Position numbers and translations under genes: made by a program. Shown one piece after another: positions 35,830 through 45,700 of a stretch of DNA of 64,000 nt. The notes beneath the pieces are model-generated. The model searched no databases, was not told the origin of the DNA, and saw only the letters and a program-made list of their open reading frames with translations. Where the stretch lies: positions 1-64,000 of IMG/VR virus record IMGVR_UViG_3300000115_000013. One strand, 5' to 3'. This DNA is from an uncultured virus (IMG/VR IMGVR_UViG_3300000115_000013). Lineage: Duplodnaviria; Heunggongvirae; Uroviricota; Caudoviricetes. The stretch's first letter is position 1; every line of letters begins with the position of its first letter.

Positions 35830-38322
35830 TTAGTTAGTAGTGGCTAATGTACCAGTATTAACTAATCTAATTGGAATATAGATGAATTCTGCTGCTTTTG
35901 AAGGTTCAATTGCAACATCAACGTAAAATTCATTACGATCAATTCTTGCTGGTGTGTTATTACTTGTATCACAAACAACTGCAAAATCTGTAAGTCCACG
36001 TCTGCTTAAAATGTCTGCGAGGAATCTTTCAAATGCAATCTTTGCTCTTGCTCTTGTTTGTTCATCATTAATCTCAAACAAGAACGGACGTCCTAGTTCA
36101 TCAAATCTGTCACGCAAGTATGCAACTAATCTAGCAACATTAACTCTATCTAATGCACTAGTTCCAGCATGTAAAGTTTTCTGTCCAAATACTATTGTGC
36201 CTTGTCCAGGGAAAGTTGTGATTGGATTTAGCTTTGCTGTATACATTGCATCACGCTGTCCTTGTGTAAGGCTAATTGCTTTAAATTCGCCTTCAGTTGT
36301 CAAGTATCCAACACTAGTAGCATTTTGTACCACACCACGTGTTAGTCCAGCTGGTGCAAACCATTGGAAACTAATATTATCGTTATATGCAAATGTATAT
36401 AATGCCATATGACTTGGTGGTACCATTACTGATGCACCAGTTGATGGCAATGTAGAACTGCCAGATGGGTAATAAACTGCACTATATGTATTATTAGTTA
36501 CCAGACCATCTTCACCGTTTTCTGATGCACTTCCTGTATTATTAGTCCAATTAATAACATCTGTTGGACTCTTACGCATTGGTGAGTCAACAATAATAAA
36601 TGCAGTTTCGCCTCTATCACTATTAAGTGTAACCATTTCATCAACTAGTTCAGGATAGTTAGGTGCTGCAATTAAACTAAATGCATTACTTGGATCTCTA
36701 AGATCTGCACCTGCTGCCACTGCCTGCATTGCAGTTGCAATAACACCACGTTGGGCATATCTACCAAAACGTCCGCTACCATCTGCATGATTGCTTGCAC
36801 CATTTCTCCAAGCAGTTCCATTCCATGCTCGAACTGTGTTTTTACTCTGCCCCATATTAACAGCTACCATTCCATTTGGATACACTGCTGGGTTTGGACC
36901 GCCACTAATAACTGTAGCATTACCGCCATTGGTTGCATCTGCGGATGTGTCTGTAATATCTGCAAACAATACGCCTGTTGTAGTTGTTTGATCTGTATTA
37001 TCATGTGAAATCCATGCACTTCCGTTATAAACTTTGATGTGTGGATAAGCACGTTCGTTAGTTTGGTTTTCTGCTGCTAGTGATGTATCAACCCAAATAT
37101 CATTTAGAGAAGCACCTGTTGGAGCAGTTGAGCTATAAGTTGCCGCTTTTGGTAAAAATTCACCTGCTGTAACCACATACAAGTCTAAACTATTAATTGT
37201 ATTATCAAACCAATATGTACCTGTAGCTAATGTGCCAGTTGGAGTTGCGGCTTGTGCTAATACTGTAGTTGCTGTTAAATCACCAACTGCACCACCTGTT
37301 GTTATTTCTCTAATAACAATAGTAGCTTTAGTATTTGCTTGTTGGTCTAACAAGTATTGACCTACTGTAGCTGTACTTGCGGATAATACAGTTGTACTTG
37401 AACCATCTTGTGCTACAAAATCACCAATGGCTCCTGCACCATCAGCTTGTGTAGTACTAATACCTTGTACTGTAGCTGTTGTAAATGCCGTGCCATTGTG
37501 TGTGCTTAGTGCTAGTGCCAAACCGTTGCCTGGGCGTGTTGTTTTAATCCAAACATCGTTAGCTGCTGGGCTTGAAGGAGCTGTGTAGTGAGGTGCATAT
37601 GATACGCCAATTGCGCCTGTCATGTCTGTATCACTGTCCATTACTTCCCATGCGCCAGCTACACCATAAAAGTATTCAATACTCATTTGACGAGCTACAC
37701 TTGTGCTTGTTTCGTTGTCAACATGAACAACAACTAGGAATGTTCCATCTGTTGCACCGCTTGCGGCTGTAGTTGGTGTATGTACATCACCGTCAACATC
37801 TGATCCATCGTCTACGTTAATTTCAACTGCTGGTATTTTGTTTTCCCATTTGCTAGTTGTGCTGTTCCACTGATGGATACCATACTTACTTGCATCTGTG
37901 TCTAACCAAAGTGTGTTAGCAGTACTATACGCCACCGTTGGTGCAGTTGCACTATTTTCTAATTGTGCAAGATCAATATCTGCTCTTACAACAAATGCTT
38001 GGCTTCCTTGTCCAAGATAACTATATGCAGCTAACAGACCATATTCACTTGTTTCACTTCCTTGTGAAACTGTTGAGCCAACTGTGGTAAATGTTGGGTT
38101 TCCAAAAAATTGTGTTAATTCTCTTTGGCTAGTAACTTTCACTACTTCGCCAGCGGCTGTGGATTTAGTTTTTGCCGCAATATTATCTGCCGATCCGCCG
38201 GTTGGATCTGCTTTGTTTGATCTAGTAGCTAGAACTAATAGTGGTACAGTACCGGATCCTGGTGCACCATATGCACTCTCATCAACTACCGATACTTGTA
38301 CGCCTGGTGACGTTAAGGCCAT
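35830..38322 (-). CDS. 18: Contractile tail sheath protein (gp18-like) with a large central insertion
   Basis: SPGVQVSVVDES, WFAPAGLTRG, FGQKTL, RVNVARL, FEIND, VVCD.SNNTP. Confidence 0.95.
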   Translation of the reverse strand: MALTSPGVQVSVVDESAYGAPGSGTVPLLVLATRSNKADPTGGSADNIAAKTKSTAAGEVVKVTSQRELTQFFGNPTFTTVGSTVSQGSETSEYGLLAAYSYLGQGSQAFVVRADIDLAQLENSATAPTVAYSTANTLWLDTDASKYGIHQWNSTTSKWENKIPAVEINVDDGSDVDGDVHTPTTAASGATDGTFLVVVHVDNETSTSVARQMSIEYFYGVAGAWEVMDSDTDMTGAIGVSYAPHYTAPSSPAANDVWIKTTRPGNGLALALSTHNGTAFTTATVQGISTTQADGAGAIGDFVAQDGSSTTVLSASTATVGQYLLDQQANTKATIVIREITTGGAVGDLTATTVLAQAATPTGTLATGTYWFDNTINSLDLYVVTAGEFLPKAATYSSTAPTGASLNDIWVDTSLAAENQTNERAYPHIKVYNGSAWISHDNTDQTTTTGVLFADITDTSADATNGGNATVISGGPNPAVYPNGMVAVNMGQSKNTVRAWNGTAWRNGASNHADGSGRFGRYAQRGVIATAMQAVAAGADLRDPSNAFSLIAAPNYPELVDEMVTLNSDRGETAFIIVDSPMRKSPTDVINWTNNTGSASENGEDGLVTNNTYSAVYYPSGSSTLPSTGASVMVPPSHMALYTFAYNDNISFQWFAPAGLTRGVVQNATSVGYLTTEGEFKAISLTQGQRDAMYTAKLNPITTFPGQGTIVFGQKTLHAGTSALDRVNVARLVAYLRDRFDELGRPFLFEINDEQTRARAKIAFERFLADILSRRGLTDFAVVCDTSNNTPARIDRNEFYVDVAIEPSKAAEFIYIPIRLVNTGTLATTN

Positions 38323-38409
38323 TTCATTACTCCTCTTTGTTTACATAATGTTATATGTATTTAACAAGATTGCCATTTATCCAGGGGGTTACGGTAGTTA
38401 TCTTAGTAG

Positions 38410-38922
38410 TTAACTAACACTATAAGAATCAATATGTGTCAATAATTGTCGTACATTAAATGCAAGATCATCTAATGTTCCATTATTATCAATAGTATGA
38501 TCTGCCATCCATTGTTGTAAACTCATACTGTTTATACTTTCTGGTGGTAAATGATCACTACGGTCAACCCATATAACTTTATCAAATACGCCTGTATTCT
38601 GCATTGCAAAGAATTCACGTTTGTTACGTAATCCACAATAGATATCATGTTCTTTAAATATTTCTCTTCCTAGAGATGCACCATCTTTTACATTATAGTT
38701 GCATATTGCATTATACCATTCTGCTCTGTGATTATGTCTATCAGCATAGCATTCTTCTTCATTTAAATAGTTATATTTGTTTTTTAAGTCATTATATATG
38801 AATAGTTTACTACAAAACTTACTACTACTTTCAAAAGTATAACCATACCGATCTCTCAGTATTTCACAAACTGTATCTTTGCCATGACGTCCATGGCCTA
38901 TTACAAGTAATTTTAATTTCAT
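38410..38922 (-). CDS. Deoxynucleoside-monophosphate kinase-like P-loop protein
   Basis: IGHGRHGKDT, GLR..RE, IDNNGTLDDL; TTGACA-N17-TATCAT-N5-ATG. Confidence 0.65.
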   Translation of the reverse strand: MKLKLLVIGHGRHGKDTVCEILRDRYGYTFESSSKFCSKLFIYNDLKNKYNYLNEEECYADRHNHRAEWYNAICNYNVKDGASLGREIFKEHDIYCGLRNKREFFAMQNTGVFDKVIWVDRSDHLPPESINSMSLQQWMADHTIDNNGTLDDLAFNVRQLLTHIDSYSVS

Positions 38923-39072
38923 AATTTATGATAACAGATTTATATACAAATGTCAACTAAGATTTTGTTTTGCAATCACAGTGTCCGCATACATCATTTA
39001 CACAATCAGGACAATTTACTTTGTCACAATGACAAGCATGTCCACATTTTGTACAAGTTTTTGTATGCACTG

Positions 39073-39372
39073 TTATTTCCCTTTGGTATTGCTTACGTTT
39101 TTAGCTTTGCCTTTGCGATTCTTATTAGGGTCTTGTCTACGTTTCTTACTAACTGCGGCACCAATTGCTTTTTTGCCGCCTTTGGCTCTTAGACTTGCGG
39201 CTTTACTTTTACTTAAACACTTAGGCTTTGCTTTGCTTTTTGTGTCTCCGCATTTACCTACACGTTCGCCTTTTGTATTGTATGCATCCCAGCCACCGCC
39301 ACCAGCGCCGCCTTTTTTGCCTTTGCCGAACCAAGCACGTAGGTCTTCATTGATGATATCTTTGATAATCAT
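39073..39372 (-). CDS. Small basic hypothetical protein, likely internal virion protein
   Basis: MIIKDIINE N-terminus; Lys/Gly-rich. Confidence 0.65.
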   Translation of the reverse strand: MIIKDIINEDLRAWFGKGKKGGAGGGGWDAYNTKGERVGKCGDTKSKAKPKCLSKSKAASLRAKGGKKAIGAAVSKKRRQDPNKNRKGKAKNVSNTKGK

Positions 39373-39554
39373 TTCTTAGAATTACCCCAGTTTTTAGCAC
39401 CTACTTTACGACACTTAACTAATGCACCTGATGCATATGCACTGGGCCATACTTTATAACGTGATTTTACTTTACGGTAGCAAGCATCTTTTTTACCTGC
39501 TTTTTCATCAAACTGTTCTTCAGTTAATGGTTGAATTACTTCATTAATCTTCAT
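39369..39554 (-). CDS. Small basic hypothetical protein, likely internal virion protein
   Basis: MKINEVIQPLTEE; KDACYRKVKSRYKVWPSAYASGALVKCRK. Confidence 0.65.
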   Translation of the reverse strand: MKINEVIQPLTEEQFDEKAGKKDACYRKVKSRYKVWPSAYASGALVKCRKVGAKNWGNSKK

Positions 39555-39558
39555 AATT

Positions 39559-40296
39559 TTAGCCTATAATAAATCCTAAACCTGCACTGCCTTCAGCATA
39601 GAATTTTAAGTCTTCCTCTAGTTTATCAATGCTTGTAAACGCATCAGTTCTAAGTGCGTCTGCATTCATTGATGTACCTCCCTGTGGTCCAGCTACTGTG
39701 TTAAATTTTCCACGAGCTTCTGCTAACATTAGTTTGGCCTGTGCTAAAGCATATTCCTTAATCCAAGGCGATGCATAACTATCTTGTAATATCTCTTCGT
39801 CGCCACGTTGCTTATATACGTGTAAAAATATTTCATCCGAAGATTTAATTTTACGATGAAGTAGTAATTTTTTATTAACAGTATTCCAAGTAAACATAAT
39901 TTCTTGACCAAACATACGTCCTAATGCTTCTCGGTGTTGCGCTAAAGCATCATATGTTGACATACCGCCTGCTCTGCCACTATTGAGTAAAAAATTATTT
40001 AAGTATGCGCTCTCAAATGGCTCAATACCACCACTGCTAGTTGAACTTGTGCCGGTAGCATATCTGTAAATATCTTTTACCTCAATAATGTCTGATGCTA
40101 AAGTATACTCAGCTACATCTTTAATAACTTGCAGTGGAATAAATGTTTCTTCAATAGCATTTTCACTACGCTGTCTATACTTTTCAAAACTCTTATTCAT
40201 AGCTAAATCGTAGTGTTCAGGATCTAATTCCACATCTACCATTTGCCCACCTAAACGTAGTTCTATCTCTTTAATTAAATCATCTCTATAAGCCAT
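39559..40296 (-). CDS. 13: Neck protein (gp13-like)
   Basis: LRLGG..VDVEL, WIKEYALA.AK.ML..ARGKF..VAGPQGG..MN. Confidence 0.85.
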   Translation of the reverse strand: MAYRDDLIKEIELRLGGQMVDVELDPEHYDLAMNKSFEKYRQRSENAIEETFIPLQVIKDVAEYTLASDIIEVKDIYRYATGTSSTSSGGIEPFESAYLNNFLLNSGRAGGMSTYDALAQHREALGRMFGQEIMFTWNTVNKKLLLHRKIKSSDEIFLHVYKQRGDEEILQDSYASPWIKEYALAQAKLMLAEARGKFNTVAGPQGGTSMNADALRTDAFTSIDKLEEDLKFYAEGSAGLGFIIG

Positions 40297-40306
40297 GTTA
40301 ATATTT

Positions 40307-40332
40307 ATGCGGCGAAGTTATCCTCGCCGCAT
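40307..40332. terminator. GC-rich hairpin abutting the gp13 late promoter
   Basis: ATGCGGCGA-N8-TCGCCGCAT. Confidence 0.6.
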
Positions 40333-40342
40333 TTATATTTTA

Positions 40343-41509
40343 CTACTTAAATGCTTTTAGGATGATTGTGTCTGCATTAAACCTACCATTAAGTTTAGTC
40401 TCAGTAGTTTTTAAATATCCAAACTGTGTTGGTACCTTATGCCGTGTAACTTTTTTCCACTGTGGCATAATTTCACTTGGCTTACGTACTGTGCGTTGTA
40501 CACTTTTCTTTTCATCAAAGAACTGAAGTGTGGTTCCTTTGACTTTAAGTGTACAATTATCATCTGCATAATATACTCCAAGTTTACGGTTTTTTGTATT
40601 AAACACAACAACACATGTTGCATCAATAACATCAGCTGGATTAATACTAGCAATTCCAATTTTAGTATCACTAGGATTAAACTTGAGTTTCTTAACTTGG
40701 TCTGCTGCACTTTTAACCTTTGCTCTACGTGGTGTTTGTGACTGTTTTCTTTCTGCTTTAAAAATTTCAATAGCATCAAACAGTCGTTTATAAAAATCTG
40801 TTAGTTCTTTGATTTCTTTTTTACTGTACGAGCTATATCCTTCTGCAAGCTGTTCTTGCATATCATCACGTTTCTTAGGAGCAGGTAAATTATTTAATTC
40901 CTGCATTTCTTCATGCGCACCTTTAAAGAACTCACTAACAAAACGCAAATGACCTAGATTCATTTCGTGCTTTTTAAAATACAGCAATGGATTTTGCTTA
41001 ATTAATGGATTCTTTTTGCTGTCACGCATCCAATCGTCCAACCAACTGTCCATGTCTTCTAATTTATCGATGGTAGCTTCTTGAAGACGTTCTTGAATAG
41101 TTGGGATATGAATATGTTTCTTAGACGCCTTTGCTGATTTCTTAACTTCCGCAACTAGTTTTCCTTCTTCAACCAATGCATTAATTCGTTTAGGAAGTCC
41201 AGTAATGTAGTCGGGATGCACCACATCTGCAAAATCATTAACAAACAACCAGGCGGCTGTTGACCATCCACTATGCATAGAAGTTTTCCAGTCTGGCAGT
41301 CTATTCACAGCCTGTGCGTCTTCTTTGCTCCAATTTTGACTAATATATGCTTTTACAATTGAACCCCATTCACGGTTTTCAACTTCATTATGTACATAAT
41401 ATTGACATGCATGCCATCCATCATTAACCGGCATGGCATTAATTCCAGTAGTACGGCGTTTAGCTCTTGGAGCTTTCTTTTTAACTTTTATACCAGCTAT
41501 CTTAGCCAT
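40343..41509 (-). CDS. Hypothetical basic protein
   Basis: Start moved to MAKIAG (41509) after GGAGA; TTGACT-N17-TATAAG upstream. Confidence 0.65.
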   Translation of the reverse strand: MAKIAGIKVKKKAPRAKRRTTGINAMPVNDGWHACQYYVHNEVENREWGSIVKAYISQNWSKEDAQAVNRLPDWKTSMHSGWSTAAWLFVNDFADVVHPDYITGLPKRINALVEEGKLVAEVKKSAKASKKHIHIPTIQERLQEATIDKLEDMDSWLDDWMRDSKKNPLIKQNPLLYFKKHEMNLGHLRFVSEFFKGAHEEMQELNNLPAPKKRDDMQEQLAEGYSSYSKKEIKELTDFYKRLFDAIEIFKAERKQSQTPRRAKVKSAADQVKKLKFNPSDTKIGIASINPADVIDATCVVVFNTKNRKLGVYYADDNCTLKVKGTTLQFFDEKKSVQRTVRKPSEIMPQWKKVTRHKVPTQFGYLKTTETKLNGRFNADTIILKAFK

Positions 41510-41608
41510 GTCGTTTCTCCATTTAATTAATTTATACTTACACCTTATAAAGCAAATAATACCAATAGTCAACACTTTTTTCTAACTAATGTTCTGATAA
41601 ATAAGTAC

Positions 41609-42769
41609 ATGCCACGTTTGACCTTATATAAACCAACTAAAACTAACGATTTTTACTTTCAGGATCGATCAATCCGTGAACAGTTTAATATCGGGGGGAC
41701 TGGGGTACATGTACACAAATATCTTGGACCAGCAGCACAACCCAACAAGGACGACCCAAGTCAACCAAATTATATTGGTGGCGGTGAAATTGATCCACTT
41801 AGTGGTGAATATATCAATGTTGAAGGCATAATTAATGAAACAAAAATACAAGATTTATTGTTTATGGAAAACAGAGATCGAAAATATGATCAAGATATTT
41901 TCGATATGCGTGGAGTGTATAATGTTCAAGATAATGATTATGATTTAACACAGTTTGGATTATTTCTCAGTAATGATCAATTATATATGACCTTTCATAT
42001 AAATGATATGGTGGAGATAATGGGTAGGCGTTTGATGCCTGGTGATGTCTTGGAATTACCACATTTACGTGATGACTTACTTCTTAATGCTAGTAAAGCC
42101 GCAGTAAACAAATATTATGTTGTTAACGATGCGAACAGAGGTGCTGAAGGATTTAGTCAAACTTGGTATCCACATATTTGGCGAGTTAAATTAAGTCCAC
42201 TAACAGACAGTCAAGAATACTACGATATACTTGGCGATAGTAGTGATGAAAATAGTCTTAAAAATGATGTTAGTACATATAAAGCAGAATATAATATAAG
42301 TGATGCGATTATTGCAGCCGCTGACGCTGCTGATCCAAATGGTACAAGTATGGTTGACCATTTATTTGGATATGACCATGCTACTAGTGGTGGTATTGTT
42401 AACAAGGACAATAGTTATAACCACGGTGAGACAATTGCAACTGGTGATCAATTTCCAGTAGAACCTAATGAGGGCGATTACTTTATAAGAAACGACTTTG
42501 TTCCTAATAGAATGTTTGTTCGTCGTGGATCAAGATGGCATAGGCTATATGATAATATCACTGAACAAACATGGACAGATAAAACATATAATGCTAGTGA
42601 TTATATTTTTAATGAAAAAAACACTACAGTTGTAGATAACAGAGAAACGCAAGAGCTGCAACCAATTAGTACAGCGATAACTGCACAACCAGATAATCAA
42701 AAAAAAAGTAGTTTCTATATGACTGCTGGATATGTAGCTACTGGCTATGTAACACCTGATGGAGAATAA
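41609..42769 (+). CDS. 14: Neck/head-closure protein (gp14-like) with C-terminal extension
   Basis: IQDLLFMENRDRKY, LTQFGL, PGDVLELPH; TAAATA-N5-ATG. Confidence 0.8.
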   Translation: MPRLTLYKPTKTNDFYFQDRSIREQFNIGGTGVHVHKYLGPAAQPNKDDPSQPNYIGGGEIDPLSGEYINVEGIINETKIQDLLFMENRDRKYDQDIFDMRGVYNVQDNDYDLTQFGLFLSNDQLYMTFHINDMVEIMGRRLMPGDVLELPHLRDDLLLNASKAAVNKYYVVNDANRGAEGFSQTWYPHIWRVKLSPLTDSQEYYDILGDSSDENSLKNDVSTYKAEYNISDAIIAAADAADPNGTSMVDHLFGYDHATSGGIVNKDNSYNHGETIATGDQFPVEPNEGDYFIRNDFVPNRMFVRRGSRWHRLYDNITEQTWTDKTYNASDYIFNEKNTTVVDNRETQELQPISTAITAQPDNQKKSSFYMTAGYVATGYVTPDGE

Positions 42770-42772
42770 AAC

Positions 42773-45700
42773 ATGACTATAACAAAAAGATTAGTAAAAG
42801 GAAGTGAACTATCATATGCAGAAATGGATTCAAATTTTACTGACTTAGATGAAAGAACAGTAGTACTTGAAACTGCAAATAGTACTAGTTCACAAGTAAC
42901 TACTGCTAATATTGGTTCATTACTTAATGTGGATACAACTGGTGTTATTAATGGACAAGTATTGAAATATGATAGTAATGCTAACAAATGGAAACCATCA
43001 TCAGATTTGTCTGGTGGCGGTAGTGGAGGAGGGATTGCACTAACAGACCTGAGCTTAATACAATCTGCAGATAGCGGCTTAGGTTCTGCAACATATAACA
43101 GCGTAACTGGACAATTTACTATTGCAATGCCAGATTTAACACCATATGCTAAAACAATTCAATTATTTACAACTTCAGATGTAGATTCACATTTAAACCA
43201 AAGTAACCCAACTAATGGTTATGTTCTTAGTTGGAATGGTAGTGATTATACGTGGGTAGACAATGGAGTTATTACTGAAACAGATCCAATATTTACCGCA
43301 AGTCCAGCAAGTACTATAACAAATACAAAAATTACCAATTGGGATACATCATATGGGTGGGGAGATCACTCAGTAGAAGGTTATTTAAAGTCAGAAACAG
43401 ATCCAATCTTTACAGCACATGCGGCAAATAACGTAACAAATACAAAAATTACCAATTGGGATACATCATATGGGTGGGGAGATCACTCAGTAGAAGGTTA
43501 TTTAAAGTCAGAAACAGATCCAATATTTACCGCAAGTCCAGCAAGTACTATAACAAATACAAAAATTACCAATTGGGATACATCATATGGGTGGGGTGAT
43601 CATAGCACAGCAGGTTACTTAACAAGTTTTACAGAAACGAATACTAGTTTATCACTTGCTACTAATATACTAAAGTATACAGACGAAGCTGGCGCAGTAA
43701 CAAACATAGATTTAAGTTTATATTTAGACGACACAAATTTAGCAAAATTAACATCTGGTACAATTAATGGAGCTACTGGTATAGCAACATTTCTCAGAGA
43801 TGATGCTTCATCTTTTACAGTTGATTTTAGTCAACTCTTTGACGATACAAACTTATCTAGAATTGACAGCGCAACCTTTGCTAGTGGAACTCTAACACTT
43901 ACTAGAAGTGATACATCAACTGCATCTACTGTCAATTTGGACGGTAGATATCTACAAAACTTAGCCACGCAAACTACTGATAATCTTTCTGAAGGGTCTA
44001 CAAATCTTTATTATACTCAAGCAAGATTCAATTCTGCACTATCTACTAAATCTACAACAGACCTTTCTGAAGGAACCAACTTATACTATACAGACGCTAG
44101 AGTAGATGCAAGGATCACCAATGCTGGGTTGTTTGATGGAGATTATAATTCCCTAACAAACCTACCAACTCTATTTAATGGACAATTTGGTAGTCTTACT
44201 GGTAAACCAACTACAATATCAGGGTATGGAATTACAGATGCATTTGATGGTGACTATACAAATTTAACAAACAAACCAACATTATTTGATGGGCAGTTCA
44301 GTTCTTTAACTAACACGCCAACTACAATAGCAGGTTATGGAATTACTGATGCATTGGCATTAGGTACAACTAGTACAACAGCACTAGCAGGTGATACAGC
44401 ATTATTTGATGGTGACTACACGAACTTAACAAATAAACCTACCATACCTGCTGTGCTTACAGATTTAAGTATTAGTGATGGCACAAATGGTCAAGTATTA
44501 ACAACAGATGGTAGCGGAAACTTTACCTTCCAAGCTATTTCAGCTGGTGGATCTACTACACTTTCTGGACTAACTGATACAACAATTGCAAGCGTACAGC
44601 AATTCCAATCATTACAATGGAGTGGGACAAAATGGGTAAACGCTTATCCTAGTATACAGCATTTATCAGACATTGATAGACTAAACAATCCATCAAACGG
44701 TGATACTCTGGTATGGAATGCACTTAACAATCAATATGAATATTCTCAGGCAGTTGTTTCTGACCAATCACTTGCTACTACAGACGATGTAATATTTAAT
44801 AATATTACAGCAACAAATCTTGTTCAAGCAAATGCATTTGAAGGTAACATATATGACACTAACGGTAATGTTCTACTTGATAATACAAGTGGTGCGGCAA
44901 GTTTCGGTGGTAATATTTCATCAAGTGGTTCATCATCATTCTCAGGTACAGTAGATTTCAATGGTGCTACAATTAACAATTTAAATTTAGCATTAGGAGA
45001 TTTATCAAATGTAGATCCGGTAGCCCCAACAACTGGCCATGTTTTAAAATGGGGTGGCAGCCAATGGGCTCCTGGACTTAGTGGCGATATGCCAACATCG
45101 GGCGGCACGTTTACTGGTGATGTAAATTTTGCTACAGGCAAAATAACAGGCGTTACTGATATTACCACAGGCCCAGCATCTGGAAGTCCTAGCATAAACC
45201 TTGGTGACGGTACTGGCAACTTCGGTAATCCTATTATCAATTTCAACGCCGCAACCGCTGGCGTATCAGGACACATTACACATATCGCAAATGGTGGATT
45301 TGAAATAAAATCTAATAGTGGAGGCGAGTACATACGATTGCAGACATATGACTCTAGTCATTTCACGCCTTTAGAAGTTGTTGGAAATGTCGTTACAATT
45401 AGCCAGGCATATACTCTTCCTTCAAGTGATGGCACAACCGGACAAGTACTACAAACCAATGGCGCAGGTGTTTTAAGTTTTACATCATTAAGCAGTGGAG
45501 GCATACTTAGTTTAGCAGATGACACAACACCACAACTAGGTGGTGCTCTAGATTCTAACTCCCATGATGTAGTGCTTAAAGGTACTGGTCCTTATTATAA
45601 TAATAATATAACCTTTGATGCTAGTCAAGACATACTTCATTTTGAAGATGGTATGACAATAAGAATGGGCACAGGCTCTGGTGCAGCTGACGGTGAAGAT

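Noticed and set aside
42699..42707. A9 run near the gp14 end as a programmed frameshift or phase-variation site
   Set aside because: Such runs are common in AT-rich DNA, the frame continues sensibly to the next gene's RBS, and no stimulatory structure was seen
43277..43627. CRISPR array or DGR template/variable repeat
   Set aside because: These are in-frame 117-bp coding repeats with no spacers, no adenine-specific variation and no RT or cas gene in the window
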